From the NCBI GenBank assembly GCA_030770535.1, contig JASVEC010000017.1, positions 992,001 to 1,056,000 of the forward strand: a stretch of DNA of 64,000 nt, read 5' to 3'. Below the pieces are notes generated by a model. That model was not told the origin of the DNA, searched no databases, and saw only the letters and a program-made list of their open reading frames with translations. The position numbers and the translations under genes are program-made. Positions 27,936 through 42,332 of this stretch are shown here, piece after piece (position 1 is the first letter of the stretch; each line of letters begins with the position of its first letter). The stretch is from Batkoa obscura (taxonomy: Eukaryota).

Positions 27936-30500
27936 ATGACACTATCTATTATATTAAAGAAGTTGTTCATTATCACTTTACTCCTCTTTATTTCCTTAAT
28001 TACTTTCTCAAATGCTCAAGAGGATACTTCCAACAATAACGCTATTTTAATCAATGATCCAGAAACTACCAACTCATCTGGCGATTCTCCATTCTATAGT
28101 AATAAGTTGCATGGGGATATTGGTGCCCAAGCTGCTACCTTTGCTTTTTTGATCTTAGCCATGGTCGATTATCTAATCTATACCCTTTTATTCTTATATG
28201 TTTTTTGTTTCGTAGTATTAAATTCCCAAGGTGGTAAAATCGTCTTAGGAACTCTTATCATCCTATTATTCGTAGGCATAAGATTGGTGTTTATCCCACT
28301 TATTTTGAATGCTATCCCTTACGATTGGGCTCCTAAATTTCCTGAATTATTGATTGAAATTTCCTTTTATGCTTGTACCATCTCCTACATTGTATTCTTT
28401 AATTTACCTGTAATCGCTTCACTTTACTTTGTTATTAAGTTTGGCTTTTCAGGTAAAAAATTGAAAGGCGGTATTATTAACCCAGAAACAAAAGAGATAC
28501 CAAATGTAGTGATCATGATGCCAATTTATAATGAAGATGAATTACCTTTATTTCGTGCAGTAGAATCTGCCATTCGTTCTGATTATCCACCAGAAAAATT
28601 ACATTTATTGTTAGCTTTTGATGATGCTAGTGAATCTTCTTTATATTGGTCTTTATTAAAGAAATTAAAGGTTTTAAATAAGAATGTCCAAATGGAATGG
28701 GAACAAGAATTCGAAAAAATTAATACAGCTGAACAAGATAAAGATTCTCTCTTCTTATTTCCACCACGTTTAGAATTAACCGTGGAAGGTGTAAGAGTAA
28801 CCATTTGTCGTTTTCCACATGAAGGTAAATCCGCTACCCAAGGTAAAGGTTTTAAAATCATTAATGAAATGTACGGTACATCTCAAAGATCCATTGATAA
28901 TACTTTATTAATGTATATTGACTCCGATGTCATTTTACATGATAATGCCCTATATAACTTTGTTTCTACTATGGTTAATCATCCAAAGATGAATGCTTGT
29001 ACTGGTTATATCACTTGTCGTACTTCGGATAAACCTAATTTATTACATTATTTACAAGATGCTGAATATTTAGAAGGACAAATGTTTGCCCGTTCATTAG
29101 AAGCTTTAGCAGGTTCAGTAACTTGTTTACCAGGGGCTCTTACTATGTTACGCTTACAAGCTATGCGATCAGTTTCAGATCAATATTTCATTGATTTTGA
29201 TAAAAGAAAACCATTAAATTTCCATCGTTATTATTTAGGTGAAGATCGTTATATGACTCATTTATTAATGGAAAATTCTCAACATGCTCATACTATTGGT
29301 TTATGCGGTGCTTCTAGATGTAAAACGGATGCCCCAGATACTTGGCAAAAATTAGTAAAACAACGTAGAAGATGGTATCTTGGTGCCCTTATCAATGAAG
29401 CTCATATGTTATGTACCCCCAGATTATGGAAAGTGATGCCCATCTTATTACTTTTGAAATTATTTGATTATGCTTCTGGTTCTTTATCTTGGTTATTTAT
29501 GGTTTATATCGTTGGTGTTATCAAAGGAGTTGTACCTATATGGACTATGTGTGTGTTCTTCCCATGTTTGATATTGAAATATTTATTATTGAGTATTAAT
29601 GCTAGTTTTATGAATCGTACCAAAATCTTTATCTCTTTTCCAATCTTCTTTATTATCAATCCAATCTTTAAAATGTGGTGTACTATCTATTCCATTTTCA
29701 CTTGGGATACTCGTAGTTGGGGAGGTCCAAGAACTGATGCTAAAGAAGAAATTGATCATAAACAAAAAATGCAAGAGTTAATGAAACGTCGTCAACAATC
29801 CATTAAAAGATCCAAAAAATTGTTGAAGCAAATGAAACAACGCTATAAGATTTTAAATCATAATTTATTAAGTGAAAGCACCAAAGTAGAAAATTCAGCT
29901 TATTTAAATGAAAAAGCGGAAAATGGAGCTATGCCACTTAAAAAGATTTTACCTTTCCCTTATGAAGTCGAGATTTTAGGTGGTGGGGAATATTTTACTG
30001 ATTTAATTTATCCTGGTGTATTAGCTAGTCACAAAAGAAACTTAACTAATATTGATAGTGAAGTGAGCAGCATTAGTGAAGGTGATATTAACATAGTAAT
30101 TCAAAATGAAGAAACCAATAGCCCAATCAACCGTATTGATGAAAAATACATTTATGGTAAATATCATAAACATAATCCTTCCTTCTCCAACTCAAGTTTG
30201 GATCTCAATTCTTTATCCAGAATGGAAAAGTTAACCTCTACCAAACATACAACAATTTTAGATCCAAATAGCTTTGCTAGTCGTTTATCCGTTTACTCTT
30301 CTGCTCCAACTTCAGCTAACTCTTCAGTACGTCATTTGAGTGTTAATAATCATTCAACTGTAGCTATTGAATCTAATGTTAATACTTTACCTACTGGTAT
30401 GTCCCGTTCTCCCCTTTCCCAAAATACAGAGGATTCACCACACTCAACTCAATTTGGTAGTGAGTCAGAAATCCCTTCAGATGATTCGGATAGAAATTAA
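27936..30500 (+). CDS. Chitin synthase, ChsD-like (class VI/VII depending on nomenclature), intronless
   Basis: YIDSD, VTCLPGALTMLR, LGEDRYMTHL, KQRRRW, SWGGPR; hydrophobic N-terminus and TM segments; first ATG at 27936. Confidence 0.9.
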   Translation: MTLSIILKKLFIITLLLFISLITFSNAQEDTSNNNAILINDPETTNSSGDSPFYSNKLHGDIGAQAATFAFLILAMVDYLIYTLLFLYVFCFVVLNSQGGKIVLGTLIILLFVGIRLVFIPLILNAIPYDWAPKFPELLIEISFYACTISYIVFFNLPVIASLYFVIKFGFSGKKLKGGIINPETKEIPNVVIMMPIYNEDELPLFRAVESAIRSDYPPEKLHLLLAFDDASESSLYWSLLKKLKVLNKNVQMEWEQEFEKINTAEQDKDSLFLFPPRLELTVEGVRVTICRFPHEGKSATQGKGFKIINEMYGTSQRSIDNTLLMYIDSDVILHDNALYNFVSTMVNHPKMNACTGYITCRTSDKPNLLHYLQDAEYLEGQMFARSLEALAGSVTCLPGALTMLRLQAMRSVSDQYFIDFDKRKPLNFHRYYLGEDRYMTHLLMENSQHAHTIGLCGASRCKTDAPDTWQKLVKQRRRWYLGALINEAHMLCTPRLWKVMPILLLLKLFDYASGSLSWLFMVYIVGVIKGVVPIWTMCVFFPCLILKYLLLSINASFMNRTKIFISFPIFFIINPIFKMWCTIYSIFTWDTRSWGGPRTDAKEEIDHKQKMQELMKRRQQSIKRSKKLLKQMKQRYKILNHNLLSESTKVENSAYLNEKAENGAMPLKKILPFPYEVEILGGGEYFTDLIYPGVLASHKRNLTNIDSEVSSISEGDINIVIQNEETNSPINRIDEKYIYGKYHKHNPSFSNSSLDLNSLSRMEKLTSTKHTTILDPNSFASRLSVYSSAPTSANSSVRHLSVNNHSTVAIESNVNTLPTGMSRSPLSQNTEDSPHSTQFGSESEIPSDDSDRN

Positions 30501-30929
30501 TCATTATTATTCATGTATATTAAAAGTATTTAATTTTTTAATTTAACGTTTTTATTATTTATTTTGAAAAATAATTCTGTTTTAAACTATTATAGCAGGA
30601 TTTTATAAAATTAATAGTTCACTTCAAGCTAACGCTATTAGTTCATAAGTTTGAATTTTAACCCAAAGCTTAGATTGAATTCATTAAAATGGGCTTTTAA
30701 ACTGTAATTTCAATAAGCCCAAATTCATTAACCTTTTGAGCACTGAGTGTATCAAAAAATTCTATTCGGTTGGACCATGATTTCAAATCGATTTTATACT
30801 AATTGTATCAGTTTTTTTTGAAACTTAATATCCAAAGGGCTGATAATTTGATTTAAATTATATGTGATGTTCAGATTTTAAATTTTAGAATCATGTGAGC
30901 AATGCTCATTACAATTTGGTTTAGTTAGA

Positions 30930-31083
30930 ACAACTTGCAGCTAGATGTTTTTGGTTGTTTTTGATTTGTAATTGATATTTTCTAATATAAAATAAGGCTA
31001 CAGCTTCTCTCATTTCTTAAATTTATATCAGAAAATATTAACTACAAACTAAAAACAACAAAAGACATCTGACTGTAAGCTAT
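30930..31083. repeat. Degenerate foldback (old MITE)
   Basis: cttgcagctagatgtttttggttgttttt...aaaaacaacaaaagacatctgactgtaag imperfect inverted repeat. Confidence 0.55.
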
Positions 31084-31556
31084 TTTGACATTAAAATTTA
31101 GATTTTCAATAACCCAACCAAATTTTCATTTAAAAAACTTGCCTTACATAGTACTACCTAAATTGAGATTTTAATGGCCTTTAGCAACTGCATCAAACTT
31201 TGACGCCCTAAGGCATATTCATTAATTAAAAATCATCAAATGACTATACAATTGCAATTCCTCAACTTAATGATATTGATCAACAATTAAAGGCTCCCTA
31301 ACCCCGTTTTTCAAGACAATTATATAGATCGTATTTTAATTTAATAATGAACATTTTTTCTAAGTTTTTACTAGTAAATGGTGTGATTGGGTATTTAACA
31401 ATGGATTTTGGGCAAAGAATTTAGCTATAAAAAGTGATTTTATATCACCAATATTATTTTTTATTGCTGATAGCAGGTAGTTAAATTAATAGGTGTCAAT
31501 GGCTGGCTTATTATTTTGCTTATTATTTTACTTATTTGTTATTGCTAATAATATAT

Positions 31557-31656
31557 GGAGATGTATTTTTTTGTTTAAGAATTTTACTGGATAGCCTTTC
31601 TACTCAAATAGCGCTTAAAAAATGGAAAAAATAATGAAACCAAAAAAAACACCCTC
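31557..31656 (+). mobile_element. 98-bp MITE
   Basis: ATAT TSD. Confidence 0.88.
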
Positions 31657-31726
31657 ATATATTATCAGCAATAAAAAACATTAATATAATTATACCCTTT
31701 TTTTGGAAACAGTGTATTAAACATTA

Positions 31727-31951
31727 CAGTCAGTGGTGTCTAAATTTCCAATTTTGTCAAATAATTGGAAAAAGGCAAAAACAACTTGGTTGGTGACTTT
31801 AAAAGTTTATTTGGCAGAATTCAACATATAAGGTAATATTTGTAGTAAATTTATTATTAAATGCACAATAAACTTTCAAAGTCACCAACCAAGTTGTTTT
31901 TGCCTTTTTCCAATTATTTGACAAAATTGGAAATTTAGACACCACTGACTG
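31727..31951. mobile_element. 225-bp Tc1/mariner/pogo-type MITE with ~85-bp TIRs
   Basis: TA|CAGTCAGTGGTGTC...GACACCACTGACTG|TA; one mismatch seen between the arms. Confidence 0.88.
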
Positions 31952-32302
31952 TATAAATTATCACCTGACTTTTTTTATTCTTTATGCTTCATAAGTAATT
32001 GATATTATAATTCAAATATCTTTAAAAGCTTTAAATTGTTTATAAAGTATAATAAAAGAATAAATTTTATCACGATATCATTTTTATTTATTATTACGTC
32101 TTTAGTATCAGTAGCATATATAAACTATATTTACTTTAAAGACAAAGATTTAGTTCTATTTTATACCTTGAGCTATAAACAATAACAATGTAGAATATTA
32201 ATGATGTATTATTTTAGAAATAATTGAACCATATAAAACTTTAAAATAGAATTTAAGCATATTAAAATTTTAATATAATAATTAGAACGATTTTATTAAT
32301 AT

Positions 32303-33094
32303 TTACAAATTGTGAGAGTTAATTTCCTTTTTAAGGTCCCCTTCAAGTTTCAAAGTTTTACCTTCAGCTTGCATTTGTTCATTACCAATAGCTGAGCCAA
32401 CAGTATCTTTAACATTTCCTTTCAAGTTATCTTTAACACCTTCACCATAGGCCAAAGCTTCAGCCGCTTTAAATTCAGCATCTCCTTTAGCTTTTTGAGC
32501 CGCCCCACTTGATTCCAATGATTTGTTACCTAAAGCATGACCCACATTTTCTTTTACTGCACCAACAACATAATTTAAATTAGCGCTGATTTTGGATGGT
32601 TCACCAGTACTATTTTCAATATCAGCTGCTTTAGCTTCAGCATTACCTTCTGCTTTTTGTGCAGCACCAGTAGCTTGAAGTGATTTATTTCCTAACGCAT
32701 GACCAACATTTTCTTTAACGGCACCAACAACATAGTTGACGTTGGCATTTAATTTGTTTGGTTCAGCTGCTTTATATTCCGCATCTCCTTTGGCTTTTTG
32801 TGCTAATCCAGTGGCCTTTAATGATTCATTTCCTAATGCATGGCCTACATTTTCTTTAACGGCACCAACAACATAGTTTACATTAGCGGTGATTTTAGAT
32901 GGTTCTTTACTTTCTTCTTTCTTTTCGGCTTCCTTTTCAGCATTAGCTGCTTTAAGTTCAGCACTACCTTCAGCTTGTTGAGCAATTCCGCTAGCTTCCA
33001 AAGATTCATTACCAAAAGCATGGCCTACATTTTCTTTCACAGTACCAGCAGCATTATTTAATCCAGCGGTTATTTTAGATGGTCCTAAACTCAT
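32303..33094 (-). CDS. Hmp1/CsbD-like stress protein with four N-terminal repeat units
   Basis: 4x PSKITANVNYVVGAVKENVGHALGNESL.A.G.AQKA.G.AE.KAA, then AYGEGVKDNLKGNVKDTVGSAIGNEQMQAEG...KKEINS. Confidence 0.85.
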   Translation of the reverse strand: MSLGPSKITAGLNNAAGTVKENVGHAFGNESLEASGIAQQAEGSAELKAANAEKEAEKKEESKEPSKITANVNYVVGAVKENVGHALGNESLKATGLAQKAKGDAEYKAAEPNKLNANVNYVVGAVKENVGHALGNKSLQATGAAQKAEGNAEAKAADIENSTGEPSKISANLNYVVGAVKENVGHALGNKSLESSGAAQKAKGDAEFKAAEALAYGEGVKDNLKGNVKDTVGSAIGNEQMQAEGKTLKLEGDLKKEINSHNL

Positions 33095-33484
33095 TTTTAA
33101 TTTATTGATTTTCGATTATAAGATGGTTATTTTTTATTTTGATTAGAATGAGGTTCCTGATTTCTTATATACTTTTTTACTTTCTTAATTCTGAAATTGA
33201 AATACGACGTAATGATGACCATTTTTGAAAAAATGACTTCAAAATGACCTCATTTTCATTAAAACTTGGTGAGTTGACAAAATTCTAGTCACTTTTTGAT
33301 CATTTTGATTACAACATCAACTATTTGTATTAGTAGTGATTTGATTTAGTTTATAACAGATAATATTTTATAATAAAGATTCAATAATTTTTAATGTTTA
33401 AATCAAGTTGTTAGATAATAGTGATTAAATGCTTCTAGATATTTGTTATAACATGCACTTCCAAACAACTAGGCAACTCTATTT

Positions 33485-33583
33485 GGGGATGTTTTTTTTG
33501 GTTTCATTACTTTTTTCATTTTTTAAGTGCTATTTGAGTAGAGAAATTGTTAGTAAAATTCTTAAGCAAAAAAATACATCCCC
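33485..33583 (-). mobile_element. 98-bp MITE
   Basis: Family match. Confidence 0.88.
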
Positions 33584-33600
33584 ATATTAACTGGTCCTAT

Positions 33601-33716
33601 AGCATATTAAATTTAAGTGACACGTAAGGTAACTAAGTTTGGTATTTTAATTTAAGAACAATAACTTTAAAATACTAAAATTAGTTCCCCTACATGTCAC
33701 TTAAGTTTAATGTGTT
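33601..33716. repeat. Degenerate foldback (old MITE)
   Basis: attaaatttaagtgacacgtaagg...cctacatgtcacttaagtttaat imperfect inverted repeat. Confidence 0.55.
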
Positions 33717-33793
33717 ATGTATCTAATTTCACTGAACATTTCTACTGTTTTTGGTAATAAATAAAATACCTTCATTGAATAAAATGTTAATTT

Positions 33794-33924
33794 TTTTATT
33801 TTATTTTATTTTATTTTATTTTATTTTATTTTATTTTATTTTATTTTATTTTATTTTATTTTATTTTATTTTATTTTATTTTATTTTATTTTATTTTATT
33901 TTATTTTATTTTATTTTATTTTAT
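33794..33924. repeat. (TTTTA)n microsatellite
   Basis: Pure pentanucleotide run directly upstream of the ATG at 33928. Confidence 0.95.
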
Positions 33925-33927
33925 ACA

Positions 33928-36019
33928 ATGAATAAGGGTATGATAATCAAAAGAAGAATAAGAAGTCAACCCGATCGAATTAAAGAAAAAATCGAGAAGT
34001 TAACCTAATAATTAATAATTATATTCATTTTATTAAAAGTATCAGTTGTGAAATATTGCTTTATTTAGCTCTCAGATTGATTATAACACAACAATCACTT
34101 AAGTTGTTATATTCTCAAGTTCAAACACAATCAATTCAGAGTCCCTTATTTTGATTTGCTGCGAGAATTTATAACTTCATATTGCAAACAATATTATCTC
34201 CTTTTAATATCCATACTTATTGGAGTATAAAAGAGATTCTTCAATATGATAACTCGAGGCTTTTTAACTGAATTACTCCCTGATATCGTACTATTAATAA
34301 AGCCACTAAGTCTTTCTGATAACGTCTCACGTAGATTTTACAGTTATATTGTCTATTCTATTTGTTTTACATAGTTCGTAACTTATTACGTATTATTCTT
34401 ATTCATTTAAGTCTATCTTAGTTATATAAACTAAGACCTTTCGACTCAAGCCAAGTTAATCAACCAAGAACTGCTTTTAACTCCTACCACTAAGTACCAA
34501 CTTTCACACAGTGATGTTCAACTGAGTATAATTAGTTATAGTATGTTTTTTATAGTTTATTTAGTTTTAATTTTAAACAAATATTAGATTATTTAAATTG
34601 GGTCAATAAGCAATTGTCTCATTATAATAATAAGATTCAAGAAGTGGATGAATTACAAATAATAGAAAGAATTAAACTATTTCAAACTCAAATGAAATAT
34701 CAAATAAATGTATATTACCTCTAACACTCCTATCATCAATAGAAAGTATAATACTATCACTAATATATACAATATTGGAAAGTTTTTAGAATTCGGTATG
34801 AACCTCATACTAGCTCTTTTTGATCCTGGGGATCAATGGCTTAATCGAAACACAATTCTCTTCATAACTCAAAGAAAGAATTTTGAATTACTTTTGTTTA
34901 TTTTTTGTTAATAGTTAAATTCACTCTACCATCAAGTTTCATTTATAAACTCATTTATTTTAATAGTCTAAAAAATATTCGACTGTTGCTGCCTGAAGCA
35001 TATACAAAACCAAACTATAATAATTTAATTACTTTAAGTTTTTTAAGTTATTTAAGATTGTATTATTACAATTATAAATTAAATTATCAAAGTAATAATT
35101 TATGTAATGCTTTATATACATTGTATATTATTTATATTGCTACTATACCTAATTTTCCAAAATATAAATTTGATGTGGAAGATAAAAATTTATTAACTCA
35201 TTTAAATATTGGACAAAGTAAAGAGGATATAAAGTATGAAAAACATCAAATATTTTTTAATAAGATTGTAGCTACTAATTTAATTATTATTCAACATACT
35301 TTAAATATTAAACACGAAAAAAAGAAAATAATATCAATAATAAAAAATGAAGAGGTAAAGTTGTCATTATCCGAGTTTAATCAACAGAATACAATATTAA
35401 TGAACTTAAATTTGGAATTGAATAATAAAATAGTAAATAAGAAGATTCAATTAAACGTTTATAATTATTTTCAATTATTAATTAATACTTCATTGATTTT
35501 ATTATATTATCCAATATTACAATTAATACCTAAACCAGTGAAATTTTTAAAAGGAAGTGATCTTTTAATTAATTTAGTTGATATGTCATTTGAAATAATA
35601 TTTGAATCAAATAATAAAGATAATAATAATAACAATAATAATAATAATAATAATAACAATAATAATAATAATAGAATCAATTTATTATCAGAGATAACAT
35701 TATTCATTAGTAGTTTTGAAATAAAACAAACTATTATTTCATGTGCTCAATTTAAAGTGTTAATTTTTGTTTATTGGAATCAACTTCATTATAATTGGGA
35801 ATATAATATCAATTTATTACAAATAATAAGATGCTTTTAGTAACTGAACGTTCATTGATGGTTTTAAAAGTAATTAAATTGTTGGAAAAAGAAGGTGAAG
35901 GTAAAGATAAACTGCATAAAGAGACTAAGGTAGCATTGCTACAGTTAAAGAATATATTAAATAGGCTTTTATTACCTTTGGAATATGTTAATACGGTTCA
36001 ACAGATATTGAATAGTTAA
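33928..36019 (+). pseudogene. Fungal_trans-like paralogue 1: stop and solo LTR in exon 1, plus frameshifts and deletions
   Basis: Exon 1 (KRRIRSQPDRIKEKI) is homologous to exon 1 of 42333-44067; track ORFs 34708, 34905 and 35831 are consecutive pieces in different frames. Confidence 0.85.
34047..34508 (+). mobile_element. Solo LTR (462 bp) in exon 1 of paralogue 1
   Basis: TGTGAAA...TTTCACA; CAGT TSD. Confidence 0.9.
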
Positions 36020-36113
36020 AAGTTGGTTATAAAACTTAAATAAAATAATAATAATAATGATAATAATAAACAACTTGTTATAAAGTATAATATTATTTTA
36101 ATAATTTTCTATT

Positions 36114-37301
36114 TTAATCTTCCATTTCATTCTCATCCTTTTCTTTATTTTTTAATCCTTTTGTAAGTACTTGAGTCACTAAACTATATTGTTGGAAACA
36201 AATATCTAAACATTTATGCATACCCTATGAAATAAAATATTAAATACATATTATAAAAAATAAATAGAGCTAATAATAATAAACTTACACTTCTAGTTAA
36301 TTGCAAATCCAAAGGTAAACCTTCCACAATAAAATGATTAATCAAATTTAACGAAGGCATAACAGCTAACATCATTTTTGAATCGGATATTAAATCATCT
36401 TCTTTAAAATTACCATCAATTAGCATAATATCCTTTTGAAATACCTATATATAATAAAATAAAGAATTAAATAAATTAATATTATTGATTATATTAATAC
36501 AACGTTTCCTAATTAAAACCCCATTATCTTAACTCTATTTTAACTTAAACTAAATTAAAATTAAAATACATTAAAAACTTACTGCTGAACTACCAATAAC
36601 TAGATCAACCATTTCAATACCAGCTGTAGTTAAAGCTATTGAGGCAGCTGTAATTGCATTAGCTAAACAACTTGTAGTACCATCATTTTGTAATATAGTA
36701 ATAAATAATTCAATCGTTGATTTTGGATATTTATCTAATCGAATAGCAGGAGATAAACTTTGTTCAATAATTTTTGAAACTTCTTTTTGTTTTTCAGTCT
36801 AAAGAGAAAAAGTGGGTTAGTTATAATCATCGAATGAGCTGAGGTGATTAAAATTTACTGGCTGATGAGGTTGACGAGTTTTTTTTGAAAAGGGGGCATA
36901 CTTTAATTCACAAGTTAATGAAGCGGATGATGAAAATAATTGCTTTTTTTGCTGTCTTGGACCATAACTATTAAATGGAATAAAAGTTAATATAATTAAT
37001 AGAATAGAAATTTAGTAATTATGTAGTTACACAGAACAAATTAATTTTGTATTTCCACTTTCAATAAAACAAGAACCTTTGGCTTGAGGGATTAAATTTG
37101 TTTTAATAACTACAAAAATCAATTAACATTAATTTAAATTTTATTATTATAATTGTAAATAATTTATTTACAAGGTAATCGAAATTGATCGAAATTTCTA
37201 TTGTCTTCTCTTTTATTAAAATCAATTGAATTGTTTGATTCTTCTTTTTTATAATAAGGTGTTACACTAAGTTCAGGCCCAGTTATACGTCTACGATCCA
37301 T
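36114..37301 (-). CDS. MTR3: Exosome complex RNase PH-like subunit Mtr3 (EXOSC6), multi-exon
   Basis: MDRRRITGPELSV start; [60 protein letters not shown]..AGIEM. Confidence 0.85.
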
Positions 37302-37617
37302 TTTTTTAAAGTAGAAATTAAAAAAGTAAAATTAAAAAGTAAAATTTAATAAAAATTTATAAGATTTCAATTGATTTTGGGATTGATTTGGTTTTTATTG
37401 CAAAAAGTGAATGAATTATTTCAAAAAATAAAATAAAATAAAATAAAATAAAAACACTCTAATTAATATATATCCATTTATTAAATTCTAACTATATTAA
37501 GCTTAATCTCCCTTTTTAAATCAAAAAAGGAAGCTTCTACTCAACAATAATCAAAATCCAATAACATCTCTATAATATCCCCCACTCACCTCCACTAATC
37601 TTATTCTTTTTGAAACT

Positions 37618-39292
<1,675 letters not shown>

Positions 39293-39914
39293 TATGCGAT
39301 TGTTTTCCAATTATTATAATTTAGTTGTTAATTGCTATTATTGCTATTATTGCTATTATTGCTATCGTTGACTAGTAGTTTACCGATTATCTAAAATCTA
39401 AAGAATAAAGATTATAATCTATTTAATCTGAAAAAATAAGCTAGCTTTTGGATGTTATTCATTTTGAGCCAATAAATTTTGAATTTAAGTCCATATGCTA
39501 GATAAAGAGTAAATTTCAATAACCTGAAGTTAATAATCCGTATTTTAAATTAAAATAGGAACTAAATAACATCATATTATATTTCAAAATTACATCTTTT
39601 TTTTATTTTTATTAAACTAATCTTATTTCAATGTTTTACAACTCTTTGATTTCTGATTCTTTTTTCTTAAATTTATTTTGAAATAAACTTATCTAAAAAA
39701 ATTCAATTCTTTAATATTCAATTCAATTTTTTATTTATTATCACTTGCTAATCAATAAAGATATTAAGGTAGCTTTAATTCGATATAACACTAAAAATTT
39801 AATTAAAAATACTAACAAAAATCTTAGTTCAATTGAATTTAATTTATTAAAAAAGTTTCATCTTCAAATAATTATACTTTATTGACTATACTCTCTTTTA
39901 TTGAAAAAACCCCT

Positions 39915-40260
39915 TTAGATATTCATTACTTCCTTAACTTTTTCCACATAATCTAATGGTAATTGAAATCTATCTAATGCCCTATTAATTTGTATTAAAC
40001 TTAATCTTGCATCATTACGTACTTCTTTTTTACCCTTAATACTCACTTGCTTAATCACACTTAAAATTATTAAACTACGTTCTTTACAACCATTTCTTAT
40101 TTCATTATATCTCATCCCTACTTTCTTATCTTTTAGTATGTAAATAATATTCCAATAGATATAAGTAAAAATAGTAAATTGAGCACAAGATAAAATCGTT
40201 TCTTTCTTTTCAATACTAGCAGCAAGTAATGTTATCTCTGGTAATAAATTGATTCTATTA

Positions 40261-40337
<77 letters not shown>

Positions 40338-41726
40338 GTTATTATTATTATCTTTATTATTTGATTCAAATATTATTTCAAATGACATATCAACTAAATT
40401 AATTAAAAGATCACTTTCTTCTTTTAAAAATTTCACTGGTTTAGGTATTAATTGTAATATTGGATAATATAATAAAATCAATGAAGTATTAATTAATAAT
40501 TGAAAATAATTATAAACGTTTAATTGAATCTTCTTATTTACTATTTTATTATTATTCAATTCCAAATTTAAATTCATTAATATTGTATTCTGTTGATTAA
40601 ACTCGGATAATGACAACTTTACCTCTTCATTTTTTATTATTGATATTATTTTCTTTTTTTCGTGTTTAATATTTAAAGTATGTTGAATAATAATTAAATT
40701 AGTAGCTACAATCTTATTAAAAAATATTTGATGTTTTTCATACTTTATATCCTCTTTACTTTGTCCAATTTCAAAAAATTGACATTTTCCAATATTTAAA
40801 TAAGGCATTAAATTCACTTGATCAATATCAAATTTATATGTTGGAAAATCAATTATAATGTTAGAATAAGTGATATATCCTAAATATAATATATTCCATA
40901 TATTTTTACCTCTTGTATTATGATGACTTGCTTGATCTATACAGTCAATACTTTTCTCTTCCGAGTTATAGCCCAATACTTCGTCCATTCTAACAGTTGA
41001 AAAATAGTATTTTTCTACTAACTCAAACTTGTAATGAGATAAAGCTAAATAACTTAATAAACTTAAAGCAATTACATTATTACAACTTGGTATTTGATAA
41101 GCTATTGGTAATAACAATCGAATGTTTTTTAAACTATTAGAATAAATAAGTTTATAAACTGGACTATTTTGTGATAAAGTAAATTTTGCCAATAAAGCAT
41201 AAAAAACATGGGTAAGTAACCCTTCCTTATTTTTTGAATGGTTTGAAATAAAGTTTCTTTTTGGAGCTATAAATTATTGGGATCTAGAAGGTTTGATACC
41301 ACTTTTAATCCAAATTCTAAAAATTGGTCAAAATTAAATGAGTTATTAACAATAGCATAATTTCGATTGATTATAATGGGACTATTAGTAGTAGTATATA
41401 GTTTTAAATGATAAATTATTTTTGTCTTAAATGCTTTTATTCTCTTTATTAATTCCATTTGCTCCAATTGATTATATTCTTTCTTCCTTTTATTATCTAT
41501 TAGTTGGTCATTTACCCAGCTTAAATATTCTAGTTATTTTTAAAAATATTAATAAATATTATAATTTATACAGTTAAATACCATAGCTAATCTTATTTAA
41601 TTGAACGTCATTAATTGTACCAATAGTGCCAATATAATGATTTATTATCCTTGTTAATTGCTGTATTTGTTCTTTCATTCGATCTTGTCGACTTCTTGTC
41701 CGCTTCATTATTACTTGTTCTGTCAT
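39915..41726 (-). pseudogene. Fungal_trans-like paralogue 2: TAG in place of the Trp of paralogue 3 (41267-41269) and a 1-nt frameshift near 41230
   Basis: Same two-exon layout as paralogue 3; PNNL*LQKETL versus PCNLWLGKDTL; long poly-Asn tract. Confidence 0.8.
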
Positions 41727-42332
41727 TGTTTAAAATTATATATAAAAAATTAAATGTTTGGAATTATATTGAAATAAAGAAATAGCATTTTTACAAAGCT
41801 AGATCAAAGTTTGGAAATATTTAACTCGATTGGATTTTTATGTAAAATTAAGTTGCTATTATTGAATTCAAAAAATAGTCACAATATTATGTCAATTTAA
41901 AATTTAGATTCATGCCAAAAGTATAATGTGAGCACACTGTCGCCAGGTTACGTATTGGTACGCTTTTTTAAATTACGGTTATAGTAAATTAATGCTATAC
42001 TAGCAATCTCGACTAATTAGATCAATCTTTAGAAGGATATAAAATCTATTTAATTAGTCAGATTCTATTTAGCATAGCCAAAGTTAAAGTTTACTAAGCA
42101 TAAACAAAATCAATACCAATAATTTTTATAAGTAGCTAGTTTAAAGGCATTAATATTTAATTTTATTATATTTTTAAATAGATTAAATAATTATAAGTTT
42201 GGTTGTTATCATTATTTAATATTATATTATATCAAACTATACTTTTTTAAAAATTTTACTGAAATAATTATTATTTATTAAATATATTTCCATTATGTTA
42301 ATTTAAAAATAATTTTCAACTCTCATTTACCC

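Noticed and set aside
33751..34008. ORF with (LFYFI)n repeats
   Set aside because: Translation of the TTTTA microsatellite; only the part from 33928 is a real (pseudo)exon
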